This document shows, piece after piece, positions 1 to 9,074 of a DNA stretch of 64,000 nt; positions within the stretch are counted from its first letter, which is position 1, and the number at the start of each line of letters is the position of its first letter. Made by a program: the position numbers and the translations under genes. The notes beneath the pieces are model-generated. The model made no database searches. It was not told where the DNA came from and saw nothing but the letters and a program-made list of their open reading frames with translations. Source of the DNA: Coraliomargaritaceae bacterium. GTDB taxonomy: Bacteria; Verrucomicrobiota; Verrucomicrobiia; Opitutales; Coraliomargaritaceae. The stretch lies in assembly GCA_965659965.1 (NCBI GenBank), contig CBFHXZ010000001.1, forward strand, positions 9,049-73,048, given 5' to 3'.

Positions 1-59
1 AAGCCGAACTTCAACTTTCATACCTTCCCAGCTTCATACTTTCCCACCATCAAATTCTC

Positions 60-106
60 TTCAAAGGTCGTTCTTTGGTGTTCGATGTTCAGCGTTCAAA
101 GTTCGA
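60..106. repeat. GTTCRA-rich intergenic repeat module (copy C of a dispersed family)
   Basis: 78..98 gtgttcgatgttcagcgttca is 20/21 identical to 55865..55885. It lies immediately 3' of ruvX. Confidence 0.6.
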
Positions 107-541
107 CTAGGCCTCTTCGCTGAAGCTGCCCCCAAAGCGTTGCTCCTCGACAAAATCCTGCAGGATGAGCGCCGCCGCGCTGGAATCAATCGCCCCGCTC
201 TTGCGGTCGGGTTTTTTCTTTGAACCCTTGAGGTGTTTCTCCACCGAATGACTCGACAAGCGTTCATCCAAGCGATGCACGGGCAATCGAAAACGACCCT
301 CGAGCACTGCGATAAAGGCATCCACTTCCTTCGCCTTAAAACCGACACTGCCGTCCATGTTCAGAGGGTAACCGACCACAAGGGCATCCACTTTTCGCTC
401 GGTGATAGCAGCTTCGATTTGCTGCATACGCGCCTGCTTGGTGGATGCCACCGCTGCGGGGAGCGGCACGGCGATTCCCAGCGAATCCGCGAAGGCCAAG
501 CCGATTCTTTTTTCGCCCCAATCAATCCCGAGATAATTCAT
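107..541 (-). CDS. ruvX: Holliday junction resolvase-like protein RuvX/YqgF
   Basis: 144-aa ORF. The N-terminus MNYLGIDWGEKRIGLAFAD is the YqgF/RuvX RNase H-fold signature. Confidence 0.85.
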   Translation of the reverse strand: MNYLGIDWGEKRIGLAFADSLGIAVPLPAAVASTKQARMQQIEAAITERKVDALVVGYPLNMDGSVGFKAKEVDAFIAVLEGRFRLPVHRLDERLSSHSVEKHLKGSKKKPDRKSGAIDSSAAALILQDFVEEQRFGGSFSEEA

Positions 542-549
542 AACCGCTT

Positions 550-1644
550 CTACATCAAATGCTTGAAAGCGGCCTTCGCGCCGATCGCCTTGACCATGTC
601 CTTGATGGCTTGCGCCTGATCCTTACGGCAAACCAAAGTCGCGTCGTCGGTCTTTACCACGATTAAATCCTCCACGCCGAGCAGCGTGACCAGGTGATCG
701 GGATCGCGGTTAAAGACAATATTTCCCTTGGCGTTTTCAAGATGCGCCGCACCGCGAATGACGTTTCCCTCCGCATCAGCCGGATAATGACGCGCCACCG
801 CCGGCCATTCACCGACGTCATCCCAGTCAAAACGACTTTCGAGCATCACCACGTTCTGCGCTTTCTCAATGATGGCGTAGTCCACTGAAATCTTCTCCAG
901 CGAGGGATAATGCTCCGCCAGGAGGGCGTCGAGGGCGTCCCCTCCAGCCAGACCGGAATCAATCGCCTGCAGCGCCTTCCACAATCCAGGCGTGCTTGCT
1001 TCGAGTTCCGCCACGATGGCATTGACCGACCAAATAAACATGCCGGCATTCCAAAAATAACCGCCCGCATCCAGGTAACCCCGGGCTGTAGCGGCATCGG
1101 GTTTTTCCACAAAACGCGCCACCGAATAGACCGTGCTTCCGGCAAACTCTCCGCGCGCTTTGCCCTGTTGAATGTAGCCGTAGCCCGTGGCGGGATGCGT
1201 CGGGGTGATCCCAATCGTCGCAAGTACGGGATCGGCCTCCGCTGCTTCAAAGGCAGCCTCCAAAGTGGCGCGCAATCCAGCGGCGTCATGAATGACGGCA
1301 TCGGCGGGCAGCATCGCAAAACTCGCTCCGGGATCCGCACGCCGTACGAGCACCGTTGCCAATCCAACCGCCGCGGCGGTGTCACGACCCACGGGCTCAC
1401 CGATGACCTTTGCGGGATCGAGCTCGGGGCAAACCTTCAAGACCGCTTCGCGTTGCTCGGTATTGGTGATGACAAAAACATCCTCCGGAGCAACCAGACC
1501 CGCAAGGCGGTCGACCGTTTGTGCCAGCATGGCTTTTTCACCCACGATGGGTAGTAGTTGTTTGGGTTGCGCGAGGCGGCTCTCCGGCCAAAAACGCTCC
1601 CCGCGACCGCCTGCCATAATGACAACATACCGTTTTTTACCCAT
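550..1644 (-). CDS. mannose-1-phosphate guanylyltransferase (nucleotidyltransferase family, no PMI domain)
   Basis: MGKKRYVVIMAGGRGERFWPESR is a nucleotidyl-transferase G-rich loop, and similarity to ManC/CpsB-type enzymes runs along the length. Start moved from the ORF-track 1722 to the internal ATG at 1644, which precedes the conserved N-terminus. Confidence 0.8.
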   Translation of the reverse strand: MGKKRYVVIMAGGRGERFWPESRLAQPKQLLPIVGEKAMLAQTVDRLAGLVAPEDVFVITNTEQREAVLKVCPELDPAKVIGEPVGRDTAAAVGLATVLVRRADPGASFAMLPADAVIHDAAGLRATLEAAFEAAEADPVLATIGITPTHPATGYGYIQQGKARGEFAGSTVYSVARFVEKPDAATARGYLDAGGYFWNAGMFIWSVNAIVAELEASTPGLWKALQAIDSGLAGGDALDALLAEHYPSLEKISVDYAIIEKAQNVVMLESRFDWDDVGEWPAVARHYPADAEGNVIRGAAHLENAKGNIVFNRDPDHLVTLLGVEDLIVVKTDDATLVCRKDQAQAIKDMVKAIGAKAAFKHLM

Positions 1645-1707
1645 GCGCACAGGCTCTAAATCATAGGGACAAAGGCAAGCGCGTTCTTTTTGGAGCCGCA
1701 GGGGTAT

Positions 1708-1740
1708 AAAAAAACCAGCCACTTGCGGGGCTGGTTTTTT
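1708..1740 (-). terminator. Rho-independent terminator downstream of tsf (bidirectional shape)
   Basis: aaaaaaaCCAGCCacttgcggGGCTGGtttttt: a 6-bp GC stem flanked by an A-run and a T-run, 19 nt after the tsf stop. Confidence 0.65.
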
Positions 1741-1758
1741 GAAAGGGACAAATGCGGT

Positions 1759-2352
1759 TTAGGCTCCGATTTGGAAACGGGCAAAACGCTTGATCATCAT
1801 GTTCTCGCCCATCTTGGCGATATTGGCGGTCAGCACTTGTTGCACGGTTTGATCGGGATCCTTGACGTAGGCCTGCTCCAAGAGGCAGTTCTCGCTGAGG
1901 AATTTATTGACCTTGCCCTCAACGATTTTTTCAACCGCTTGCGGGGGCTTGCCCTCGGCTTGGCCGCGGGCGACTTCGCGTTCTTTCTCGAGCAACTCGG
2001 CATCGATGTCGTCGCGGGAAACGCAGACGGGGCTGGCGGCCGCAATGTGCATCGCGATGTCGCGAACGAATTGCTTGAAGTCGTCGGTCTTGGCGACGAA
2101 ATCGCTTTCGCAGTTGATTTCACAAAGGACGCCGACCTTACCACCGAGGTGGATGTAGGTGTCGATCAAACCTTCGCTGGCATCGCGTCCGGCTTTTTTC
2201 GCAGCGGAGGCAATGCCCTTCTTACGCAGCCATTCGCCTGCCTTATCAAAATCGCCCTCGCATTCGACCAAGGCTTTTTTGCAGTCCATCAATCCGGCTC
2301 CTGTGCTTTCGCGCAGTTCGCCGACCATTTTAGCATTAATTTGTACACTCAT
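1759..2352 (-). CDS. tsf: translation elongation factor Ts
   Basis: 197 aa. MVGELRESTGAGLMDCKKALVECEGDFDKAGEWLRKKG is the EF-Ts UBA-like N-terminal signature. Located downstream of rpsB, as in most bacteria. Confidence 0.9.
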   Translation of the reverse strand: MSVQINAKMVGELRESTGAGLMDCKKALVECEGDFDKAGEWLRKKGIASAAKKAGRDASEGLIDTYIHLGGKVGVLCEINCESDFVAKTDDFKQFVRDIAMHIAAASPVCVSRDDIDAELLEKEREVARGQAEGKPPQAVEKIVEGKVNKFLSENCLLEQAYVKDPDQTVQQVLTANIAKMGENMMIKRFARFQIGA

Positions 2353-2397
2353 GATGTTGTTCTTTCGAAATTATGTTTAGAATTCGCGGCGGTAAGC

Positions 2398-3216
2398 TTA
2401 CTGCTCCTCCTTTGTTTCGGCATTTTCATCTTCTTCACCGTAACCTTCGGGCAGGGTGACTTCGACGTCCTCTTGTTCAAAGACCTGTTCGCGTACCAGC
2501 GGGGCAACGTCCTTTTGGAGGCTCTTGGTCTCGCGCTGGGCGAGTCCGTTTTGGGCGGCTTCCATGATCGCTTCAACGATGATGCGGATGGACTTCACGG
2601 CGTCATCATTACCCGGGATGGGGTAGTCGATAACGCTGGGGTCGGAATTGGTGTCGACCAGTCCAATAACGGGAATGCCAAGACGGTTGGCTTCCGCAAC
2701 GGCGATTTCCTCGTTGAGGGTGTCGACGACAAAGAGGGCTGCCGGCATTTCCTTAATTTCAAGGATCCCTTCGAAATTACGGTTCATGCGGGACATCTGC
2801 CGACGGATCGCGGCTTCTTCCTTACCGGGGAGTTTTTCAAGCTCACCGTTCTGTTCCATTTTGAGGAACTTGCGGTATTTCGCGAGGGAAGTCTGGATGG
2901 TGGCAAAATTGGTGAGTCCGCCCCCCATCCAGCGATTGACGCAGAATGGCATTTGGCTGGCAGTCGCCGCTTCGCGCATAATTTCCTGTGCCTGTTTCTT
3001 GGTTCCGACGAAGAGGATGTCTTTACCGGAGGCAATGGTGGTCTCGACAAATTCGCAGGCCTTTTCGAGCAGGGCGTGGGTTTGCGCGAGGTCGATAATG
3101 GAAATGCCGTTACGGTTATCGAAAACGTAGGGCTTGGACTTCGGATTCCAACGACGGAGTTGGTGGCCGAAATGGACGCCTGCATCGAGCAGGTCTTGTG
3201 GTGTTGTATTAATCAT
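2398..3216 (-). CDS. rpsB: 30S ribosomal protein S2
   Basis: 272 aa. LLDAGVHFGHQLRRWNPKSKPYVF and VDTNSDPSVIDYPIPGNDDA are S2 signatures. The C-terminal tail is acidic. Confidence 0.95.
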   Translation of the reverse strand: MINTTPQDLLDAGVHFGHQLRRWNPKSKPYVFDNRNGISIIDLAQTHALLEKACEFVETTIASGKDILFVGTKKQAQEIMREAATASQMPFCVNRWMGGGLTNFATIQTSLAKYRKFLKMEQNGELEKLPGKEEAAIRRQMSRMNRNFEGILEIKEMPAALFVVDTLNEEIAVAEANRLGIPVIGLVDTNSDPSVIDYPIPGNDDAVKSIRIIVEAIMEAAQNGLAQRETKSLQKDVAPLVREQVFEQEDVEVTLPEGYGEEDENAETKEEQ

Positions 3217-3378
3217 GATCGTTCAAAGCCCTGAGCATAAACCCGGGGAGAAACGGTAGTTTCTTTTGGTTGTTGGTTCTTAATGGTTGCTTTGATTCAC
3301 CGCGACGCGATGAGAGAAGCGTAAGAAAGTGGGTAAAATCGGACGCAAAATCAAGCCCAAAGAGGCATAAAACCTGAA

Positions 3379-4401
3379 TTAAATAAGGGTTTCGAGCAGG
3401 TAGTCCCGCGAGGCACGCACTTGGTCGCGACTGAGGGAGGGACTGAGCTCTAGGACAAGGGCATGCTCGGGACGAATGAATTCCGCCACCATTTTAAAAT
3501 CAATGGTACCCGTTCCGGGCACGCGGTGGTCGCGTCCACCCTCGGAAACATCATGTAAATGAAACCCGACCAAGCGCGATGCCATCGCTTCGAGGTGGGC
3601 GCGGTGGTCGAGTAAACCGAGGCGATGCTTGAGCTGGGCATGACCGGTGTCGTGCCAGTAACCAAAGGTCGCGGCGTCCTCGAGTTTTTCTATAAATTGA
3701 GGATAATCAGAGTCCCGGGGCAGTTCTTCGAGGCCCTCGCGATTCTCAAGCCCCAACTGTAAACCACGTTCCTTGGCGTAGGATTCAATAGCGGCGTAGC
3801 TCTCGTTTAAATGGCGCAGGGGTTTCTTGGAGGCCCGCTTGATGCGGCGCAGGGTCCGGTCGCGGCGTTTCTTGAATACCGCGCTGGCATAAAATTCCAT
3901 TTCCAGTTCAAATTCATTGACCTCGCCGCCGGCCTCATCCGCCTCGAGCTTTGCCTTCGCCGCTTCCACCCGTTCCAATTTTTGCGCCGTCATCCATTTT
4001 TCGAATTTTACCTCGGGCGAGCCAAAGAAAAACCACGCGCTCCCGGAATGCATGACGACTTTGGGCGCACCGACCTTCACCGCGAAGTCAAGGGTTTGCT
4101 CGGTGTAGCGTTGCCAGAGATCCCGCTCCCGTTTGTCAGTTGAGGCAGGTTCAAAAAGGTTGGGTGCCGCCTGCCAGGCACTTGGTGGCAAAGGACAAAA
4201 GTTGTGCACCGAGCCCACTTCCACTAGCTTTTCCTCGACCGCCTTTAAAATTCCTGGAATGAGGGATATGCGAATCCCGTGGCTCAATTCGATGCGCTTG
4301 AATCCAAGCTCCACCATTTCCTCGATCATGGCATAGCCGTCCTCATGGCGCGCAGAACACCAGCAGGAGGAGAGCGCCAAACGGTCTGCGATTGAATTCA
4401 T
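3379..4401 (-). CDS. sugar phosphate isomerase/epimerase family protein (xylose isomerase-like TIM barrel)
   Basis: Motifs GFKRIELSHG, VVMHSG, LGLENREG and GYWHDTGHAQ are typical of the AP-endonuclease-2/xylose-isomerase-like TIM barrel. Start set to the ATG at 4401 because the ORF-track TTG at 4413 overlaps the rpsU terminator. Confidence 0.6.
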   Translation of the reverse strand: MNSIADRLALSSCWCSARHEDGYAMIEEMVELGFKRIELSHGIRISLIPGILKAVEEKLVEVGSVHNFCPLPPSAWQAAPNLFEPASTDKRERDLWQRYTEQTLDFAVKVGAPKVVMHSGSAWFFFGSPEVKFEKWMTAQKLERVEAAKAKLEADEAGGEVNEFELEMEFYASAVFKKRRDRTLRRIKRASKKPLRHLNESYAAIESYAKERGLQLGLENREGLEELPRDSDYPQFIEKLEDAATFGYWHDTGHAQLKHRLGLLDHRAHLEAMASRLVGFHLHDVSEGGRDHRVPGTGTIDFKMVAEFIRPEHALVLELSPSLSRDQVRASRDYLLETLI

Positions 4402-4410
4402 GGGAGTAGA

Positions 4411-4449
4411 CAAAAAGACCCCGGTTGCCTGATGAGCAAGACCGGGGTC
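4411..4449 (-). terminator. Rho-independent terminator downstream of rpsU
   Basis: GACCCCGGT (4417..4425) pairs with ACCGGGGTC (4441..4449), a 9-bp stem. On the minus strand it is followed by TTTTTG. Confidence 0.6.
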
Positions 4450-4492
4450 GGAAAAAACATTATAGGGTAGTTAAGACCAAACCTTCCAGGCG

Positions 4493-4693
4493 CTACATCT
4501 TGGAGTAGCGAACACGCAACATGTTGTTGAAGTCGAGCTCCTTGTTCTTGCGGCGTTTGGCCTGCGAAGGCTTTTCAAAGTAACGCTTTGCGCGCACATC
4601 ACGGATCACGCCCTCTCGATCGAGGCGTTTTTTAAGGCGGCGCAGGGCACGCTCCATGGGCTCTCCTTTGCGGACTTGGACATCTAATGACAT
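4493..4693 (-). CDS. rpsU: 30S ribosomal protein S21
   Basis: 66 aa. VRKGEPMERALRRLKKRLDREGVIRDVRAKRYFEKPSQAKRRK is a typical S21 sequence. Confidence 0.9.
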   Translation of the reverse strand: MSLDVQVRKGEPMERALRRLKKRLDREGVIRDVRAKRYFEKPSQAKRRKNKELDFNNMLRVRYSKM

Positions 4694-4771
4694 AAATAAA
4701 ATTCTCCTGTTAATTGAAAAAGCTCACCACAGAAGGGTGTTAGAAGGCCTGAGTCAATCCTATTTGGAAGC

Positions 4772-6007
4772 CTAAACCGCGCCCTCCCAGGAAAGACTGA
4801 CGACATTCTCAATATGCCGGGTATGGGGGAAAAGGTCGAAAGGTTGAATCCGCGTGATGCGGTAACCCCCCGCGACAAATGCCTGCAAATCGCGCGCCTG
4901 GGTAGCGGGATCGCAGGAGACATAAACGAGACGGGCAGGCGCAAACGCCAGTAACTGCTCCCGAAAATCGGCATCACAGCCTTTTCGCGGCGGGTCAATC
5001 ACCAGTGCGGTCTTCGCCGCGGGGAAATCCAAGCCCTGAAAAATCGCTTCGGCTTTCCCGATTAGGAAGCGGGCATTTTCAATTCCGCTGATGCGCGCAT
5101 TCGCCTGCGCCCACAAAACCGAGGCCTGACTGATCTCCACCCCCGCCACCGATTCAAATGCCCGCGCGAGCGAAAGCGCGAAAAGCCCTACCCCGCAATA
5201 GGCATCCACCAGATGATCCGCCCCCTCGGCCTGCGCTTCGCGCCCCACGTATGCCACCAACTCCGGCAGAATGTAGGGATTATTCTGAAAGAACTCACCC
5301 GCCTTGTATTGAAAGGTAACCTCCCCCACCCGCTCGGAAACCACCGCCTGAGGATCACTGACCACCCCCTCGAGGACATCGCGCAAAAGCAAAGTCCCGC
5401 CGCGTTGACGCCGCTTCTTGCCTCCCGATCGTTTGGCCTCCGCGCGCGCTTCAGGTAAAGCAGCATTGATCGCCTCCGTCGCAATCGGGCATTGCTCCAC
5501 GTCCACAATCTCCCGCCGACGACCAAAACGCAAAAAACCAATCGGCTGCGAACCATCTGCATTCGGGCGATTGTAGTGTGGGGTGAGCTTGGAACGATAA
5601 CCATATTCCTGCGGTGAACCCAAGGCGGGCTCGACCGAGTGCGTGATCCCGCCCAGTTTTTCCATCAACTCCGCCACCTGCGCAGTCTTTCCGGACAACT
5701 GCCGTCGGTAAACAATATGTTGATACTGGCAACCGCCGCATTTTTGAAACAGCGGACAGGCAGGTTCCACGCGATCCCGTGACGGTTCCAGAACTTCCAC
5801 GAGATCGGCATCGGAGTAATTGGTGAAATTGCGGAAGATGCGCGCCCGTACCGTCTCCCCGGGAATCACAAAGGGCACCATCACGACCCAGCCGTTGACC
5901 CGCCCCACGCCCATCCCAAGATTCGTCAGGCTTTCAACCTCAAAGCGGACCTCCTCGTGATAGGCGAAGGGTTCGGGTATGAAATTCTTGGGCGTTTCCG
6001 TTGGCAT
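4772..6007 (-). CDS. rlmD: 23S rRNA (uracil-C5)-methyltransferase, RlmD/RumA family (TRAM domain plus Fe-S cysteines)
   Basis: 411 aa with an N-terminal TRAM-like domain, a CPLFQKCGGCQYQH cysteine cluster, an SAM fold (DAYCGVGLFAL, IDPPRKG) and a C-terminal FDLFPHTRHIE motif. Confidence 0.75.
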   Translation of the reverse strand: MPTETPKNFIPEPFAYHEEVRFEVESLTNLGMGVGRVNGWVVMVPFVIPGETVRARIFRNFTNYSDADLVEVLEPSRDRVEPACPLFQKCGGCQYQHIVYRRQLSGKTAQVAELMEKLGGITHSVEPALGSPQEYGYRSKLTPHYNRPNADGSQPIGFLRFGRRREIVDVEQCPIATEAINAALPEARAEAKRSGGKKRRQRGGTLLLRDVLEGVVSDPQAVVSERVGEVTFQYKAGEFFQNNPYILPELVAYVGREAQAEGADHLVDAYCGVGLFALSLARAFESVAGVEISQASVLWAQANARISGIENARFLIGKAEAIFQGLDFPAAKTALVIDPPRKGCDADFREQLLAFAPARLVYVSCDPATQARDLQAFVAGGYRITRIQPFDLFPHTRHIENVVSLSWEGAV

Positions 6008-6098
6008 CCCTCCACTACTGGAGACATTTCACCCGCAGGAAAAGAATAGAATTATAACTTCACAGCCGCCCCTCCTTCGAACAACCTCTTCTTGCGAA

Positions 6099-6905
6099 AT
6101 GGAAGACGCCTACATCCAAAGCCGACACAACGAGCAAATCAAAAACCTCGTCAAGCTCCGCGAACGCAAACACCGCGACCGCCAGGAACGCTTCCTCGTA
6201 GAGGGACTACGCGAACTCAGTCATGCCCTCCAGGCGGGCTACGCCGTCGAAACCCTATACTATTGCCCCGAGCATTTCCCCACCGAAGCGCATGCCGAAT
6301 TCATCCGCGCGCGCCGCGACTTCGAAAGCCCCGCCCTCGTGCGCATCAGCCCCGAAGCCTTTGAAAAGGCAAGCCTCCGCGAAGGCCCCGACGGTATCGT
6401 CGCCGTCGGCAAACAACAAAGCCACGCCCTCGCAGCCCTCGACCTGCCCGAAGCGCCCCTGCTCCTCATTCTCGAGGGCATCGAAAAACCCGGCAACCTC
6501 GGCGCCATCCTTCGCTCTGCCGACGGCGCGGGCGCAGATGCCGTGATTCTCGTCGACTGCGTCCTCGACCTTTACAACCCCAACGCCATCCGTTCCTCGC
6601 AGGGACTCCTCTTTGCCCTGCCCCTGATTACCGCCGAACGCGAACCCCTAAAGCAATGGCTTGCCGAGCACAAAATCCAGACCTGCGCCACCACCCCCGC
6701 TGCCACCCAAAAACATTGGGACTGTGACTACACTCAAGCCACCGCCCTCCTCCTTGGAAGCGAACATTCCGGCCTCTCCGATTTCTGGATCCAAAACGCC
6801 GATCAAAAACTTCTTATTCCCATGGCAGGGCAGGCGGATTCCCTCAACGTCGCCGCCACCGCAGCCGTCTGCCTCTACGAAGCCCGACGACAACGCCAAG
6901 CCTAA
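6099..6905 (+). CDS. TrmH/SpoU family RNA 2'-O-methyltransferase
   Basis: N-terminal substrate-binding region (NEQIKNLVKLRERKHRDRQERFLVEG) followed by SPOUT motifs (EGIEKPGNLGAILRSADGAGA, LGSEHSGLS, IPMAGQADSLNVA). Start moved to the ATG at 6099. Confidence 0.8.
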   Translation: MEDAYIQSRHNEQIKNLVKLRERKHRDRQERFLVEGLRELSHALQAGYAVETLYYCPEHFPTEAHAEFIRARRDFESPALVRISPEAFEKASLREGPDGIVAVGKQQSHALAALDLPEAPLLLILEGIEKPGNLGAILRSADGAGADAVILVDCVLDLYNPNAIRSSQGLLFALPLITAEREPLKQWLAEHKIQTCATTPAATQKHWDCDYTQATALLLGSEHSGLSDFWIQNADQKLLIPMAGQADSLNVAATAAVCLYEARRQRQA

Positions 6906-7107
6906 CAGGCGGGCGCTCAGCCATGCGCTGTCATTTTTTTAAAACAGAGAATCCATCTCAAATGAGACCCTGATTCAGCCGCTACCGCGCTTTCACTAGC
7001 CAAAAGGATTGCTGTCAGCAAACGGGCACGCAGGTATTTTATTGAGACTAATTCTCTTAAACTAATTTTACTTGATTTTTATAACGAAAAAAATTTTAAC
7101 CCTAAAA

Positions 7108-9009
7108 ATGAGATCAGAAAAAACCTACATCAAGGGCGCTCGACTTAGCTTGAGCACATTATTCATCGCATCGGCTGCACTCGCCAACCTTCCTGAAAGC
7201 GAACCGGAGATGGAGCATGAGCTGATACCCTACGTGGTAGTGGCCACCCGCACGCCGGTCGCCTTGGGTGAGCTGAGTATTTCCACCAGCTTCCTCGACG
7301 CCGCCACACTAGAAAAACGCCAATACTTCACCCTTTCGGATGTTCTCAAAGAACTCCCCGGCACCGCCCTTATTCAGAACGGTCACAAAGGAGCGGTCGC
7401 AAGCCTGTTCACCCGAGGCACCGAATCCAACCAAACCGCTATCTTTTTAAATGGGCGTCGTTTGCCCGCAGGCACCTTCGGACAATACGATTTGAGCTCA
7501 TTGGGAATTGAAAACCTCAGCTCGGTGGAATTTGTCCGCGGTCCGTCTTCCAGTCTCTACGGCTCCGATGCTATTGGCGGCGTAATCGATCTTAGAAGTC
7601 GTGAGGCGAGCCCCAACGAACAAAGCTCGGTTTTAACGGCGGAGTACGGCTCCTTCAACAGCCGCTTGGTTAAATATGAAACTTTAATTGGCGGAGAAAA
7701 TTTCAGCCTCTCGGTAGGCATGAGTTATTTTGAGACGGAAAACGACCGTCCCAACAGTGATTACGAACGCTTCGCTGCCAACTGCTACGCCAGCTCTCGC
7801 ATCAATCCAAAACTCCGGCTTGACCTTCAAACCCTTTATTACGACAGCCAACTGGGCGTGCCGGGCGATGAGCGCTACCCTATTGGCACACTTTATGGCA
7901 CCTACCCCGCCAACGAAATCAATCAAACCGAAGCCCATCTGCTCTCACCGGGCCTACACTTCGAGGCGAACGAAAATCTCACCTTTTCAACTTTCTACTC
8001 GCACAGTAAAAACAATTTTGAAGCCCGCGCGGCACCCTTTGACAGCAACTACATTTTCAAGGAAACCGTAGATGAAGTGTACTGCAGCGCAAACTTCTTG
8101 CCAGACGCCCTTCCCGTCACTTTCTCAGGTGGACTCAGCTATTTGCAACTAGAATACGACCGCAAGCCGAATGACCCTAGCTCCACGACCACCCCTTTCG
8201 AATACGCTTACCACAATAAAGCCGTCTTTGGGCAGGCGATCTGGAACATTACTGATGCCTGGCGTTTCACCGGCTCAGCGCGCTATGACCACTTGGACCG
8301 TTTTGAAAATGCCACCACCGGCAACGCGGAAATCAGTTATTACATAAGCACCAGCGATACCCGCCTCTTTCTTAAATACGGTAGCGGTATGGCACCCGCC
8401 GAAGCTAATGACCTCGCTCGCCTCAAAGGTAAATTGAAGTCCGAGCGTAGCAAGTCTTGGGAGGTCGGTTTCAAGCAAAACTTCGCAGACGAAAAATTGA
8501 ACCTTGGCGTGATCTACTTTGATTCCAAAATAAACAACCTCGTTGACGATGACGGCGGTTGGCCGGTGGCAAACTATGAAGTTGTCGATACCAAGCAAAA
8601 AGGCGTGGAATCCGAATTGAACTGGCAAATCACTTCGACCCTTTCGAGTCGAATCGCCTACACCTACCTGAAGGCAGAAGTTACCAGCGGTACTTATTTC
8701 TTTGCTGATGGCCCGGGAGCGCGGCTCATAAGACGCCCAGAACACAGCATCGCCGCGAACCTTGATTGGGAAGCCAGCGAAACCCTACGCCTCGGTTTCG
8801 GCATTCTCGCGGTCAATGACCGTGAAGATCCTGCCGGAACACGCCACGAGGATTATGAAATCTGCCGAATCTACGGCGATTGGAAACTACATGAGGGGCT
8901 GACGCTTTTTGCACGGGTTGAAAATCTCTTCGATCAACACTTCACCTATACCCCCGGATACAGTAATTCCGGTTCAGCCGCCTATCTGGGTGCGCGCATG
9001 CAATTCTAA
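7108..9009 (+). CDS. TonB-dependent outer-membrane receptor (BtuB-sized)
   Basis: Signal peptide, TonB box (LIPYVVVATR), plug motifs (FTRGTESNQTAIFLNGRRL, VEFVRGPSSSLYGSDAIGGVI), a beta-barrel and a terminal aromatic residue (ARMQF). Start set to the ATG at 7108; the ORF track uses a TTG at 7072. Confidence 0.85.
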   Translation: MRSEKTYIKGARLSLSTLFIASAALANLPESEPEMEHELIPYVVVATRTPVALGELSISTSFLDAATLEKRQYFTLSDVLKELPGTALIQNGHKGAVASLFTRGTESNQTAIFLNGRRLPAGTFGQYDLSSLGIENLSSVEFVRGPSSSLYGSDAIGGVIDLRSREASPNEQSSVLTAEYGSFNSRLVKYETLIGGENFSLSVGMSYFETENDRPNSDYERFAANCYASSRINPKLRLDLQTLYYDSQLGVPGDERYPIGTLYGTYPANEINQTEAHLLSPGLHFEANENLTFSTFYSHSKNNFEARAAPFDSNYIFKETVDEVYCSANFLPDALPVTFSGGLSYLQLEYDRKPNDPSSTTTPFEYAYHNKAVFGQAIWNITDAWRFTGSARYDHLDRFENATTGNAEISYYISTSDTRLFLKYGSGMAPAEANDLARLKGKLKSERSKSWEVGFKQNFADEKLNLGVIYFDSKINNLVDDDGGWPVANYEVVDTKQKGVESELNWQITSTLSSRIAYTYLKAEVTSGTYFFADGPGARLIRRPEHSIAANLDWEASETLRLGFGILAVNDREDPAGTRHEDYEICRIYGDWKLHEGLTLFARVENLFDQHFTYTPGYSNSGSAAYLGARMQF

Positions 9010-9074
9010 GCGCGGGCGTTGATGCTTTGAGCTTGGCAGGGGCGGCTTCGCCCTTCGTCATAGCCAAAGCACCG

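Noticed and set aside
550-1722. N-terminal extensions in the ORF track (550..1722, 5979..6905, 13168..14556, 22453..24081, 24314..25411, 29516..31129, 53270..54451, 7072..9009, 9027..10685, 10658..11677)
   Set aside because: In each case the conserved family N-terminus or the signal peptide begins at an internal ATG. The upstream codons overlap the neighbouring gene, a terminator or a regulatory motif. Starts were therefore moved downstream, with residual uncertainty noted in the features.
1690-3234. 514-aa plus-strand ORF covering tsf and rpsB
   Set aside because: It is the antisense shadow of two unmistakable ribosomal-operon genes. The product is low-complexity (Gly/Ala/Leu/Asp-rich) with no motif. 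This is a typical mirror ORF in GC-rich coding DNA.
6906-7107. Possible cobalamin or TPP riboswitch upstream of the BtuB-sized TonB-dependent receptor
   Set aside because: No B12 box (GCCACTG-like) is present. The only TPP-like element (TGAGACCCTGATTCAGCC) lacks the intervening P3 helix and the pyrophosphate-sensing helix sequence. I cannot support a riboswitch call from the sequence.
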